DNA of 64,000 bases from Andalucia godoyi And28 (lineage: Eukaryota > Protista > Jakobida): contig VRVR01000044.1 in assembly GCA_009859145.1 (NCBI GenBank), positions 62,001 to 126,000 on the forward strand. The letters run 5' to 3'. Position 1 is the first letter of the stretch; each line of letters starts with the position of its first letter. This document shows, piece by piece, positions 52,861 to 62,353 of the stretch. The notes under the pieces were generated by a model, which had not been told where the DNA came from, made no database searches, and saw only the letters and a program-made list of their open reading frames with translations. The translations under genes were made by a program, and so were the position numbers.

Positions 52861-53294
52861 AATCACTTTGTATCTTAATTGTTTCTTGTTTTCTGCACAT
52901 AATGTAACAATCATTCTGACCCCGATCGATCAGTTGTGCAATGTTCATGAACGGCATAACGGTTCCGAACGTGATTCCGCGCATTCAACATGCAGATGTC
53001 ATCCTGCGCCGTCCGTTTTCAAAGCCTTCAGACTCGCCAAAACCTCTTTTCCTTGTTATGATCAACGAACGGCTATACGAGTGCGAGCCGGACACGTCGG
53101 GAAAGCGGAGGGGGATATCGTGCGTCGTTGGATCCAGTTGGAAGTCGGATCAACTATTTGTTTCTCCTCCGACGATCGGATCGATCTGAAGCCGGCAACA
53201 GAAGAGTTCGGTTGGCGGGAAAAAGATGCGTCGAAATTGAAGGAGCAAAGCATGGACCCTTTTGTTTTCCGACTCCCGTGAGCAAAGTGAGTGG

Positions 53295-53912
53295 CTAGAG
53301 AAAATAAATGGCGCGGGTCAGATTGCAAATACCCGCGACGACGATGCCCGTGCGCTCGATCGATGCTTTACAGATTCGGCAGTATAACGATCGTTTTGTG
53401 GATGCAGCAGCGGTCAAGGGTGAGCAACTGCCGTGGGTAACGGAAGAGAATTTGCAAGTGCTTACCGTGGAAACAATGTTGGATTTCACCTGCATAACCA
53501 AGCCACTGACAAATATAGCGTTGATACGATTAACCGAACAGCCAGGGGCAGCCAAACAAACGTAGAAATACGCAAAAGGGCTCGATCCGAGAACGGAGTG
53601 CTGGAGGAAGGAAATGTAATTTCCTGAAGGATCGGTTTCCATATCCACAACATCATTAGAAGCACATGCAACTGCAGTTACGGTGCCTGACGACACTACA
53701 GATGACGAAATTGTGTATTCTGTGATGTTCTTCGTTGAAATCGAAATGCGATTAGTGCCAGTAGGACCAACCGGAAAGTAGCGCACAGTCGAACAGGAAT
53801 GCAGTCTGAACCCAATCACGACGTTTCGTTCCTGTTATGTTGACTGCGACGCTGCAAAGATAACAGAAGTAAAAGATGCAAAAAGAAATATCTTCAAAAA
53901 ACACTTGGACAT
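53295..53912 (-). pseudogene. Secreted S/T/V-rich protein gene with one in-frame TAA
   Basis: Signal-peptide-like MSKCFLKIFLFASFTSVIFAASQST, TAA at 53837-53835, then the same frame continues for about 180 codons of extracellular-like sequence. Confidence 0.5.
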
Positions 53913-55884
53913 GTTGAAAATCAAGAGCAAAGAAGTCACAGTGAAAACACCAAAAACGAAGACGTAAAACGCGAAAAACACAACTGTATGAATGGAAAAC
54001 GGGGTATTCGTTGTCTTTGATGATAATAGAAATGTTAGAGGGCAACATCCTTGCATGATAATCGCTTAGATTGACAGTCACTTTAAAACAAAATTGCTTA
54101 ACATCAGCAGACAGATGTTATCAAGACGACGCACACCGTGTCCCGTTTTGACATGAGTAAGAAAGGAATCATCGTTTCACAAAAAGAGAAAAATTGATGC
54201 AAAATATCATCAGCGACATTTGCGATTGACGATCCAAAGTTGCAAGCCGGTGTTCTTTGTGCGTCGTTGAAACGAACACACCACGGTGTGCATTTAAAAT
54301 CGGATTCTTCAACTTGAACAGCGAAGATAATTACTGTTACAAATGTTGAACGTACGTGGCTATGTCAACAGGAAACAGCTGCATGCTGAAGCTCGCCATG
54401 TTAAAGTATCCAATACGTTGCGCTCTAAAATCTCAACTGGTACGATTTCAATAATCAATAATACTTGCGAAGATTTCCTGGATTGTCGTATTCGTTTTCG
54501 GGTTTAAACAGATGCTCTATTGAGCATGCATGGCACTACAAGTTTTCGACAGCGATTCGTAAGAACTCTTTTGCAAACCTTCAATGCGAAACGGTTGATC
54601 GCTCGGTCGTGAAGAACACGCACATGTCCGCGTATTTCTTCAACGCCGATGGAAAGAAGAGACACCGCCAGTTCTTGTTTTGACCGAACGACAGACTGCG
54701 AAACAGTCGTCGGCGCAATTCATCGCTTTTGCATGCTGCGCTTTGCATCAAATTAAAGATATTTAGACCTGTGGCAAACACCAGAAATCTCGAGCATATC
54801 CAAATTCGGATTTGCTGGAAGACTAAAAAACACGAATCCATTCGCAGGTCATGTTCCGAATAAGCAGAGTCTTCGAACTCCGAACAAGAAAGCTTGACAC
54901 GAATTGAATTTTCCACAAGTCCACACGGCAGCCCGTTCGTACAGTCTTGAATGATTGGTTCTCATCTTGTCGAACATCGCATCTCGGAAAATTGCTCGGA
55001 CATTCCGAAAACTTCGAACCTCTCACTGTATGCAGGTGGAAAAGACCAACTCAAGTGGCGTGGCGCCACGAATTTTGCAACAACAATTGCACCCGACAAC
55101 GGACAAGTATTGCTCATGAACCAAACTCATATTTGTTTTAGAGCAGCGGCAATCTGAAGTTCAATTCGGAGTGACTGGCATAATACTCTGTTTCTCTCGT
55201 ATCAGAGACATCAGAAATCAACGCGAATAAGAACCGCGGAATGCAAATGACGCATTTGCAACTCACACGAACATCAGAGAGAACAGAAGAAATTTCAATA
55301 TGATGTATTTTTTCTTGAAGAATTCTTCTGGTTAACGGTTATTTCGAAATGATTCGAGTTTTCTGGAGCTCCATTCTGTTGCTGACACTTTGCTTCGGAG
55401 TTTGCTTAATGCAAGTATCTGAGAATCACCAGTCGCCAAAATTTCCGGCGCCACGATTCTCTCGTGCCTGATATTTGTGTTCGCAGCATTTTGTCTTTCT
55501 TCGAACTATCCAGTATAGCACTGGATAACGTTGGGCGCAGGTGTTGTTGCGGAATGCCTAAGGGTCACTGGTGCTGCTGTTCTGCCTTTCTCCGCTTTCT
55601 GCACAGACTGCTGGGTGCCCTGACTTGCAGCTATGTGATGGTCTCACTAGTTTTACTTTTCTGTTTTTCTTTTGCAACAAGAGCACCCAATCAGTTTGCG
55701 TTTCTTCCGGGACGGGAACTTCGGGTTTCTTCCTTGAAGCAGGACTTCCCGTGATGCGACCGTCGTACTCAGAATTTCATCCGTCAAAGAAAGCACATAC
55801 TGCTCTCCCCCAGAGGAAATCGACAAAACAAAACACCAGCGAATGCGAAAGACGACAAAAGCACTTTTACTCGGTTAAAACGTC

Positions 55885-57177
55885 CTACTCTCCAATTTCC
55901 TTCTGTTTCACATCTAGAATAGCTTCATCTGTATCCTGATAGATATTTTCAGCCATTTGCCAAATTTGCACCACGTTGTCCTCAGCAGTGGAGGCGAGCA
56001 TCCATTCTCCACCGGGGCTCGGATTCCATGCGAAATCCACCACACGAGATGTATGGCCGCCGTGCACAAACAACAGTTCTGCAGGTCCATCTTCGGCGTC
56101 TTCCGCAGTTTGTTCACTGCCGGTGAGGCGCAAATCCCAGATCATGACTCTCCGATCTGCTCCTGAACTGGCAAACACAGACTCTGCGTTGGGAGACCAC
56201 TGGACACCAAGCACCTGGTCGCGATGGACACCTTCGATGACGTGCAACGGTTCCCGGAAGTGTCGCAGATCAAACACGCGAAGACCTCTGTCTGCAGATC
56301 CACACACGGCAAGATATTCGTTGTAAGGGGAGAAAGCAATGCAGTTCACCTCCGCATTCGACACAACAACCTCGAACTGTGGGCGGCTTGCCTTGTTGCG
56401 AATGTCCCAGATGCAAAAGCGGTGGTCGTCTGAACATGATCCAAAGAGGTCATCATGAATTCTATGCCACTGGACATCCTCAACGTTAGCCGTATGATAC
56501 TGCACACGATGCAGAGGCTCACCTCCAGTGTTGTTGTCAATGTCCCACACACATACGAGATTATCGTCAGATCCAGACACGATGTACGAGCTCTTGGAAA
56601 CATGCGGATTCCAGTCAATTCCATATCCCTCTTTCGAGTGTCCTTTCAGCCGCAACTGCGGATTCGATTTCCATGTCTTCCCCTGCTGCGCTTGAGCGGC
56701 ATACTCGAGATTCGATGGATGTTTGGATTTGTCAAACACGTGCACCTCACCAGACGGAGTCTTCGATGCAAGCATGTGCGGATTCGATGGCATGGATCTT
56801 GCTCGGTTGACTTCGCCATCATGCGGAATAATCTGCTTGATCTCCAGTTTGGACAAGTCGTTTCCATACCCGCCAAATTCTTGCTTGTCTTCCTGGTATT
56901 TCGACGGATCGACTTCGGCTGTCATGGACTTGGGCAACCTCACACTGGCCACAATCAAAAAGTTCTGTTCACTTCCAGAAGTGTGCGTTCCAAGAAGAAG
57001 TTCCTGCAGCACATAGTCACGATCGGGGGGACATGTACGAGTCGGAAGCCACGAACATGTCAAAGAAGGCCACGTGAGAGCATGCGTCATCACGAAATCG
57101 TACAGAAACGGAGTGTTCTTTTTCCAGATTCGGTACTCTTCATTGATGTTCTTGTTCTCAAGCTCTGCGTCCTCCAT
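55885..57177 (-). CDS. RBBP4: Histone-binding WD40 protein RBBP4/MSI1 (CAF-1 subunit C)
   Basis: INEEYRIWKKNTPFLYDFVMTHALTWPSLT, HDGEVNRAR.MP and ELLFVHGGHTSRVVDFAWNP. Confidence 0.97.
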   Translation of the reverse strand: MEDAELENKNINEEYRIWKKNTPFLYDFVMTHALTWPSLTCSWLPTRTCPPDRDYVLQELLLGTHTSGSEQNFLIVASVRLPKSMTAEVDPSKYQEDKQEFGGYGNDLSKLEIKQIIPHDGEVNRARSMPSNPHMLASKTPSGEVHVFDKSKHPSNLEYAAQAQQGKTWKSNPQLRLKGHSKEGYGIDWNPHVSKSSYIVSGSDDNLVCVWDIDNNTGGEPLHRVQYHTANVEDVQWHRIHDDLFGSCSDDHRFCIWDIRNKASRPQFEVVVSNAEVNCIAFSPYNEYLAVCGSADRGLRVFDLRHFREPLHVIEGVHRDQVLGVQWSPNAESVFASSGADRRVMIWDLRLTGSEQTAEDAEDGPAELLFVHGGHTSRVVDFAWNPSPGGEWMLASTAEDNVVQIWQMAENIYQDTDEAILDVKQKEIGE

Positions 57178-57465
57178 TGCTACACTGACTGTTTCTCGAC
57201 AAAACAAACGAATGGAATTCTGCACCAGCGAAAGCAGAACAAAAGGGAAAGATGGCCTTTCCCCGGAATTTCGACGACTCAGTCATATTTTTTGCTCTTA
57301 GCGCAGTGTTCACGTTTTTCCTCTTGAATTCTGGCGGCATGATGCCTTGATGCAGCAGCTTTCCCAGAGGTTTTTCCCTCCAGTTTTCCATCCTCTCGTT
57401 GTGCACGTAAACATCGGAAAACTGCTGTCTTGATTTCCCTTGTGAATATTGCAGTCCAGAACGAG

Positions 57466-59127
57466 ATGAGCGGGAGAGTGAGCGACCGTCCGAAATGCCT
57501 GGCAGATCTGGAGATCCTGAACATTGAACTGGGTCGTGGTTCTTTTGGCATTGTTCAGAAAGTGAGGTTTCACGACCACGATTTTGCTCTAAAGTCGATT
57601 TCCCGAAAGGCAATTGCTGACGGTTTCATCACCGCGGATCGTGTCCGTACCGAGCGACGTGTGCACAGAAAAATGAGTCACGGGTCAATTGTTCGCTTCA
57701 TAAGCGCGTTCGAAGACGCTGATCATGTTCATTTTGTGCTAGAACTTTGTCGGCATGGTAGCCTTTTTCAACTGATGAAGTCTGGTTACGTCCTGTCGCC
57801 TTTGCAAATCAAATCGGTTGTGTCACAGGTGGCGCGGGGTCTCCATTACATGCACCGCACTCATGGATGTGTCCACAGAGATGTCAAGCTTACGAACATT
57901 CTTGTTTCTCATGTGCATCCGCTGAAGACTGCTGTTTCAGGCGAAGAATCGTCCATCGAGGTGAAATTGTGTGATTTTGGTCTTGCTAAATCTGTTGCAG
58001 ACAGTGAAATAATCCAGCCGAATCGGTCGGCAACCTCACGGAAACATGCTGCGGCTTCGACTGCGGATCAAGTACAGGATGAATGGACATTCTGCGGCAC
58101 GCCTGGATACATGTCTCCGGAGAATGCCCTGAATGGCAGTGGTTCGTCGGACAAACAGGCTCCGGATAAAGGAAATGGTCTGTTTGGAAGCTCTGACGCA
58201 GAAGTTAAGAGTCGGCAATGGTTTGGTCGGGACGCATGGTCGCTCGGGGTTGTCATGTTTGCGCTGCATTTTGGAAAACTTCCATTCGCATCTGCCTCCA
58301 AGCAGCTTGTCAACAGCGAGTCGATCAGCAAGGATACTGATTTTTCCAAGAACCCGTTCTCCGGGCTGATGCTTCCTAACAGCAGAGTGTCTGCAGATTG
58401 CTTGGACCTCATGAGAAAGTTGCTGGACCTCGACTGGCGCTCTCGCATTTCCGTCTCAGAGGTTCTTCGCCATCCTTATGTATTGGAGTCCGTCTCCGGG
58501 CCGCCGAATTTGTTCTCTGCTTCTCTGTCAATGTCTTCTGGGTTTTCATCCGTATCTTCGAATCAGACGAACCTTCTTTCAGGCTCCTCTTCCACATCTC
58601 GCGTATCGCATTCATTGACTAAAACCGATTCTGTCGACATTCTCTGTGAAAAGTCCATGAAATATATTCCGAATTTCGCAGTGTTGTCTCGCATCGGCGG
58701 ATTAAGTCTGGCTACTAAATATGGGCGCCTGGAAGTTTCGTTTGAATCTTCCAACGTTTGTTCTGTGTCGTTTGATTTTCTGTCGAGTTCCAAAACGGGG
58801 TCTCGGTTCATTCTCTCTTTATCCCGGTTTGCTACTGACAAGATCGAGTTTTCCGGTCTTCACCAGCACATTGAGGACGGGTTTTCTTTTTCAGATGTGC
58901 TGAAGCATGTTCGTTACGTTGGACAACTCCTTTCCATCATTGCCTCTCATTTGGTAGCCGCAGTGTCTGAATCCGACAACATTCAGATTTTTGTCATGAT
59001 CGACGGGTCCGCGCGGCTGCGTCGTGTTTCCGATGGTCATGAGGTGTTATTCTCGGCGGCAGATTGGTCATCATTTCATACTGCACACCGAATCATTGAA
59101 AAACAATTATCTGGCCTTTCCGATTGA
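57466..59127 (+). CDS. Polo-family Ser/Thr kinase with a PLK4-like cryptic polo-box-like C-terminus
   Basis: Kinase motifs GRGSFG, ALK, HRDVKLTN, DFG and CGTPGYMSPE. The C-terminal segment can be aligned by eye with the PLK4 PB1/PB2 region. Confidence 0.75.
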   Translation: MSGRVSDRPKCLADLEILNIELGRGSFGIVQKVRFHDHDFALKSISRKAIADGFITADRVRTERRVHRKMSHGSIVRFISAFEDADHVHFVLELCRHGSLFQLMKSGYVLSPLQIKSVVSQVARGLHYMHRTHGCVHRDVKLTNILVSHVHPLKTAVSGEESSIEVKLCDFGLAKSVADSEIIQPNRSATSRKHAAASTADQVQDEWTFCGTPGYMSPENALNGSGSSDKQAPDKGNGLFGSSDAEVKSRQWFGRDAWSLGVVMFALHFGKLPFASASKQLVNSESISKDTDFSKNPFSGLMLPNSRVSADCLDLMRKLLDLDWRSRISVSEVLRHPYVLESVSGPPNLFSASLSMSSGFSSVSSNQTNLLSGSSSTSRVSHSLTKTDSVDILCEKSMKYIPNFAVLSRIGGLSLATKYGRLEVSFESSNVCSVSFDFLSSSKTGSRFILSLSRFATDKIEFSGLHQHIEDGFSFSDVLKHVRYVGQLLSIIASHLVAAVSESDNIQIFVMIDGSARLRRVSDGHEVLFSAADWSSFHTAHRIIEKQLSGLSD

Positions 59128-59377
59128 AACATATACTCTGGGGGATACCTTCTATGTTGTGTCTGAAGGTAGAGGACAAACAGTAAATATCATGTACAGT
59201 TCTGATTTCTTTATTTTTATGGCGATTTTCTTTTCGTGCCTGTATGCACGACTCTGAAGATTGCATGCGTCTTCGTGTAAAACCACGTATGCAACAACTG
59301 ATTCCACTCTCGGACATGTTGGCATTCTGTCCAGAAAAATAGAGAATAAACAAATAAACATCAACGAATCGACGAAC

Positions 59378-60427
59378 TTAATCATCCGAGCGAACTTTTC
59401 TGCGTGTCTTTGAGGCGGATTTCGAAGGAGCAGGAGCTTTTGACTGCTCAAGCGAAGCCACTTGGTCGGCGACGTCATTCAAGTCTCCGGACTTTGAATG
59501 CGATTCGTCGTCAGAACGAATATCAGCATCGACTTCTCCCTTAACGAGCATCTTGATGATCATCTTCAGAATCAGAACGAACCAAAAAACATGTAAACTC
59601 TGCAGAATCCACAAGAACGAATTCAGCAATGTCCAGTGCGGTAACCCATAATGGCCAACAACCGTGATGGCGTCCCAGTACGCACAAGGGATTACAACAA
59701 ATGGCAAGAAGACGAGGCGCGACAGCAGGAAGGATACAGCGAACAAACCGAACATCGCATCCTTCAAGAGTCCTTCGCGCTTATTCCAGTAAAAGATGGC
59801 CTTCGTGGAATACAGGAAGATATCGGCAGGATTATGGGCAAGCAGCACAAGGAGGCCTGTTCGGTGGAATCGGAACCAATATGAAGCAAATACCAGAATG
59901 ATAGTAGAAAAATGATGGATCACTAACTCACGGAAATCGGATCGCCGGGCGTCATACAGAAAAGTATACACGATTGCGTGCGAGTAGAATGCGCACTCTG
60001 CAAGATAGTATGTGCGGAATGACCGAGTGAAATGTTGTGTCGGCCAATCGCTCCAGACGCTAACCGTAGGAAACAGATCCCACTCGTCCTTGAAGAAGAC
60101 CGCCAGTCCGATCGCCATTGCAATCACGTAGTAGATCGCGTAAAACCCACATTCCGTGAACTTGTTCACATCCGACTTTCGCACTCCGTGAGACTTTGCA
60201 GCAACACGAAGTCTGGACTCGACAAAGCTACGAACCCTGAAGAACAGAATTGTAAACACCACATACAGCACAATGTACGGTACTTCTTCGTAGAACTTTT
60301 CAGAAGTGAAGAAGACTCCATGGTGCGTATGAGACTTTCGAAGAATCGTCGTCTCGTCCAAAACTGGATCTTCGAAAAACCAATGCCAGGCACTTGCGAA
60401 CCAATCAGACTTTTCCGATACCTCCAT
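59378..60427 (-). CDS. LAG1: Ceramide synthase (LAG1/CerS, TLC domain)
   Basis: KFTECGFYAIYY, Lag1 motif RRSDFRELVIHH...ASY...G...L.H..ADIFL and LQSLHVFWF.LILKM. Confidence 0.92.
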   Translation of the reverse strand: MEVSEKSDWFASAWHWFFEDPVLDETTILRKSHTHHGVFFTSEKFYEEVPYIVLYVVFTILFFRVRSFVESRLRVAAKSHGVRKSDVNKFTECGFYAIYYVIAMAIGLAVFFKDEWDLFPTVSVWSDWPTQHFTRSFRTYYLAECAFYSHAIVYTFLYDARRSDFRELVIHHFSTIILVFASYWFRFHRTGLLVLLAHNPADIFLYSTKAIFYWNKREGLLKDAMFGLFAVSFLLSRLVFLPFVVIPCAYWDAITVVGHYGLPHWTLLNSFLWILQSLHVFWFVLILKMIIKMLVKGEVDADIRSDDESHSKSGDLNDVADQVASLEQSKAPAPSKSASKTRRKVRSDD

Positions 60428-61160
60428 TTGAGATGATCTCTGTGGGTTGAAAAAGTAAGAAGGGGAGGAAAAAACAACAACGAAAAATTAATAAAAAGGA
60501 AGAAGGTAAAGAACAAGAAAATCAAAAACAAAATCAAAGGATACGAAATCAATGAAAAGTCGAAAAGGGAGAGAGTTCCTCTTTGAATTTTTTTTCTCGT
60601 TTGCTTTTCATTTTTGCTGATTGAGCAGATTGCAAGCGCGGGGCGCCAGCGCTCCCCCCCCCTCAGGCAATCAAAGGAGGCTCGGGAGGTCCAGTGTTTT
60701 TTTTTTGTTCGTTGCAGATGTGCCCGCCTGCTGGCGTGTACTACAGTAGCTCTTCAGTGGGAATGATGAACGTCAACTCTCCGATTTTCCCCCCAAAGGA
60801 GAGTTTGTGACTGCCCTTTGCAGCATTGATGTCCCGCAAGACTCCAGGACCAGACTCTGCTACTATGCCGGGGGCTCACTGGAATTACGGACTTGCGAAT
60901 TCAAAATGCATTGTTTGCAGTTATGCGTTAGGGTGTGGATGTCGGGAGTAATCTCAGTTTCTCCTGGAAGCGATCAGGTATTATTACTCTTGTTTCAAAA
61001 AAAGCAAAAAAAAAAAAAGACAAAAGATGACCGAGAGCACCCCGAAAAATTATAGACACAAACAGCTTGTTCTGTCATCACGTGGAGATGCTGGACTGCT
61101 ATCCCAAACAGTGTCTCTCTCAGCATTTTGAGTCTCTCAAGGGCCAGAGCGGAAGGCCGT

Positions 61161-61511
61161 TTTCTTCCGAATTTTCATACGGGTAGTCATGAAGTGGATA
61201 TTTCAACGACCATGCATCCATGCTGGGAAAACTTACTGATGGATATGTCACCGCAAACACCAAACCATCTATTATTGTGGCGGAGGAGTACACGTCCAAA
61301 ACGTGCGGCCGTTGCGGGGGAAATCCATCGCAAGTTGTGTGGAAGCAAGGTGTGTTTTGCTGCCCATCGTGCAAAATGCATGGTCGACCGCGATTCGAAC
61401 GGCGCGCGCAACATCCACATCTATCTTAGGAACGTCTCTCATGCCGAGGGGCGTGTTGGGGCCTACCCCCTTCCCAATCATGCTATGCATGTTGTTGGGT
61501 TGCAGCATTGA
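61161..61511 (+). mobile_element. Frameshifted TnpB/Fanzor2-like nuclease remnant (RuvC-II, zinc finger, RuvC-III) with a putative omegaRNA tail
   Basis: FLPNFHT (61161), EEYTSKTCGRCG (61283-61318), EIHRKLCGSKV, FCCPSCK and DRDSNGARNI (61386-61415) are spread over two frames. Hairpins follow at 61446-61499. Confidence 0.85.
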
Positions 61512-61823
61512 TTATGGGTGATCAGCGATGATTATCCGTGGTTAGTGTACAATGTAGGCGTGAGTCTGCGAGACTGCAGCACAGTACAGATTAGCACCCG
61601 TGTTTACCTTGGCTTTCCTGCGATGATAATAAAGACGCGATTTTGCGGCATTTTCATTTTCATTTGGTACGGACAATTGCTCAGAGCGTGTGTTCATGGG
61701 CACCGTGCTTGTAGTACGTGAGCATTGTGTCCCAGAATGTTGGAGGAGGCGGAGGCGGAGACAGCAGTGACTGATGATGATGTCCAGCAAAACCTTTTTA
61801 TTCCAAAAAAGTCGGCGTTCTAA

Positions 61824-62353
61824 TTATTCCTTGTAGACGCGGGGAGTGGGGAACATCGTGAGCTCCTTCGCTGCCCAAGGGAACTGCTTGTGGTGTTCCG
61901 AATTCTTGAGGTGAACATCAAGATACTCAAAGTGAGGGACAGGAGTCGGGTCGTGGTGGTGACGAGAATGCGCCCAGATCGTATAGACAGAGTATACAGG
62001 AAGCGCCACGGCGATCATTCCATACGAAATCTTCTTCCAAAGCTCCATAGTTGCCTACTCATCATTAACCAAAAACATCAAAGTTAACATAAAATGTCAG
62101 TCAGTGCAAAAGAAACACCAGAACGCTCAACACACGAGGTGAGCTTAAAAGAGAATTAAAGAAAGCTTTCAGGAAAAAAACAACAACAAAAAACAACAAG
62201 ACAACCAAAAAACTGTTCGGTGTCGGTTCCTTTTCCCCCCTTTGTTTGCCATTTGAAGAATGAAAGGGATCGTACCTTGTGTTCATCGTGGGCACCGGCA
62301 GAAGCGGCGGTGGATGCGAAGCGGCGAGCCTGGTTGCGGAAAGCAGCGAACAT
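61824..62353 (-). CDS. COX6A: Cytochrome c oxidase subunit VIa (two exons: 62353-62276 and 62054-61824)
   Basis: Presequence-like exon 1 (MFAAFRNQARRFAST...HDEHK) splices in phase across a GTACG...TAG intron to ATMELWKKISY, a TM segment and EYLDVHLK...FPW. Confidence 0.85.

Noticed and set aside
53308-53620. Plus-strand ORF as the hAT C-terminal dimerisation domain
   Set aside because: There is no SxxERxFS motif. The region is the antisense of the secreted-protein pseudogene.
60758-60836. C/D snoRNA candidate (ATGATGA, terminal GGGA/TCCC, internal hairpin)
   Set aside because: There is no CTGA D box and no convincing rRNA antisense element.
60860-60880. GGGGGCTCACT resembling the RNase MRP CR-V motif
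   Set aside because: There is no properly spaced GAAAGUCCCC partner, and a long T-run lies within the required span.
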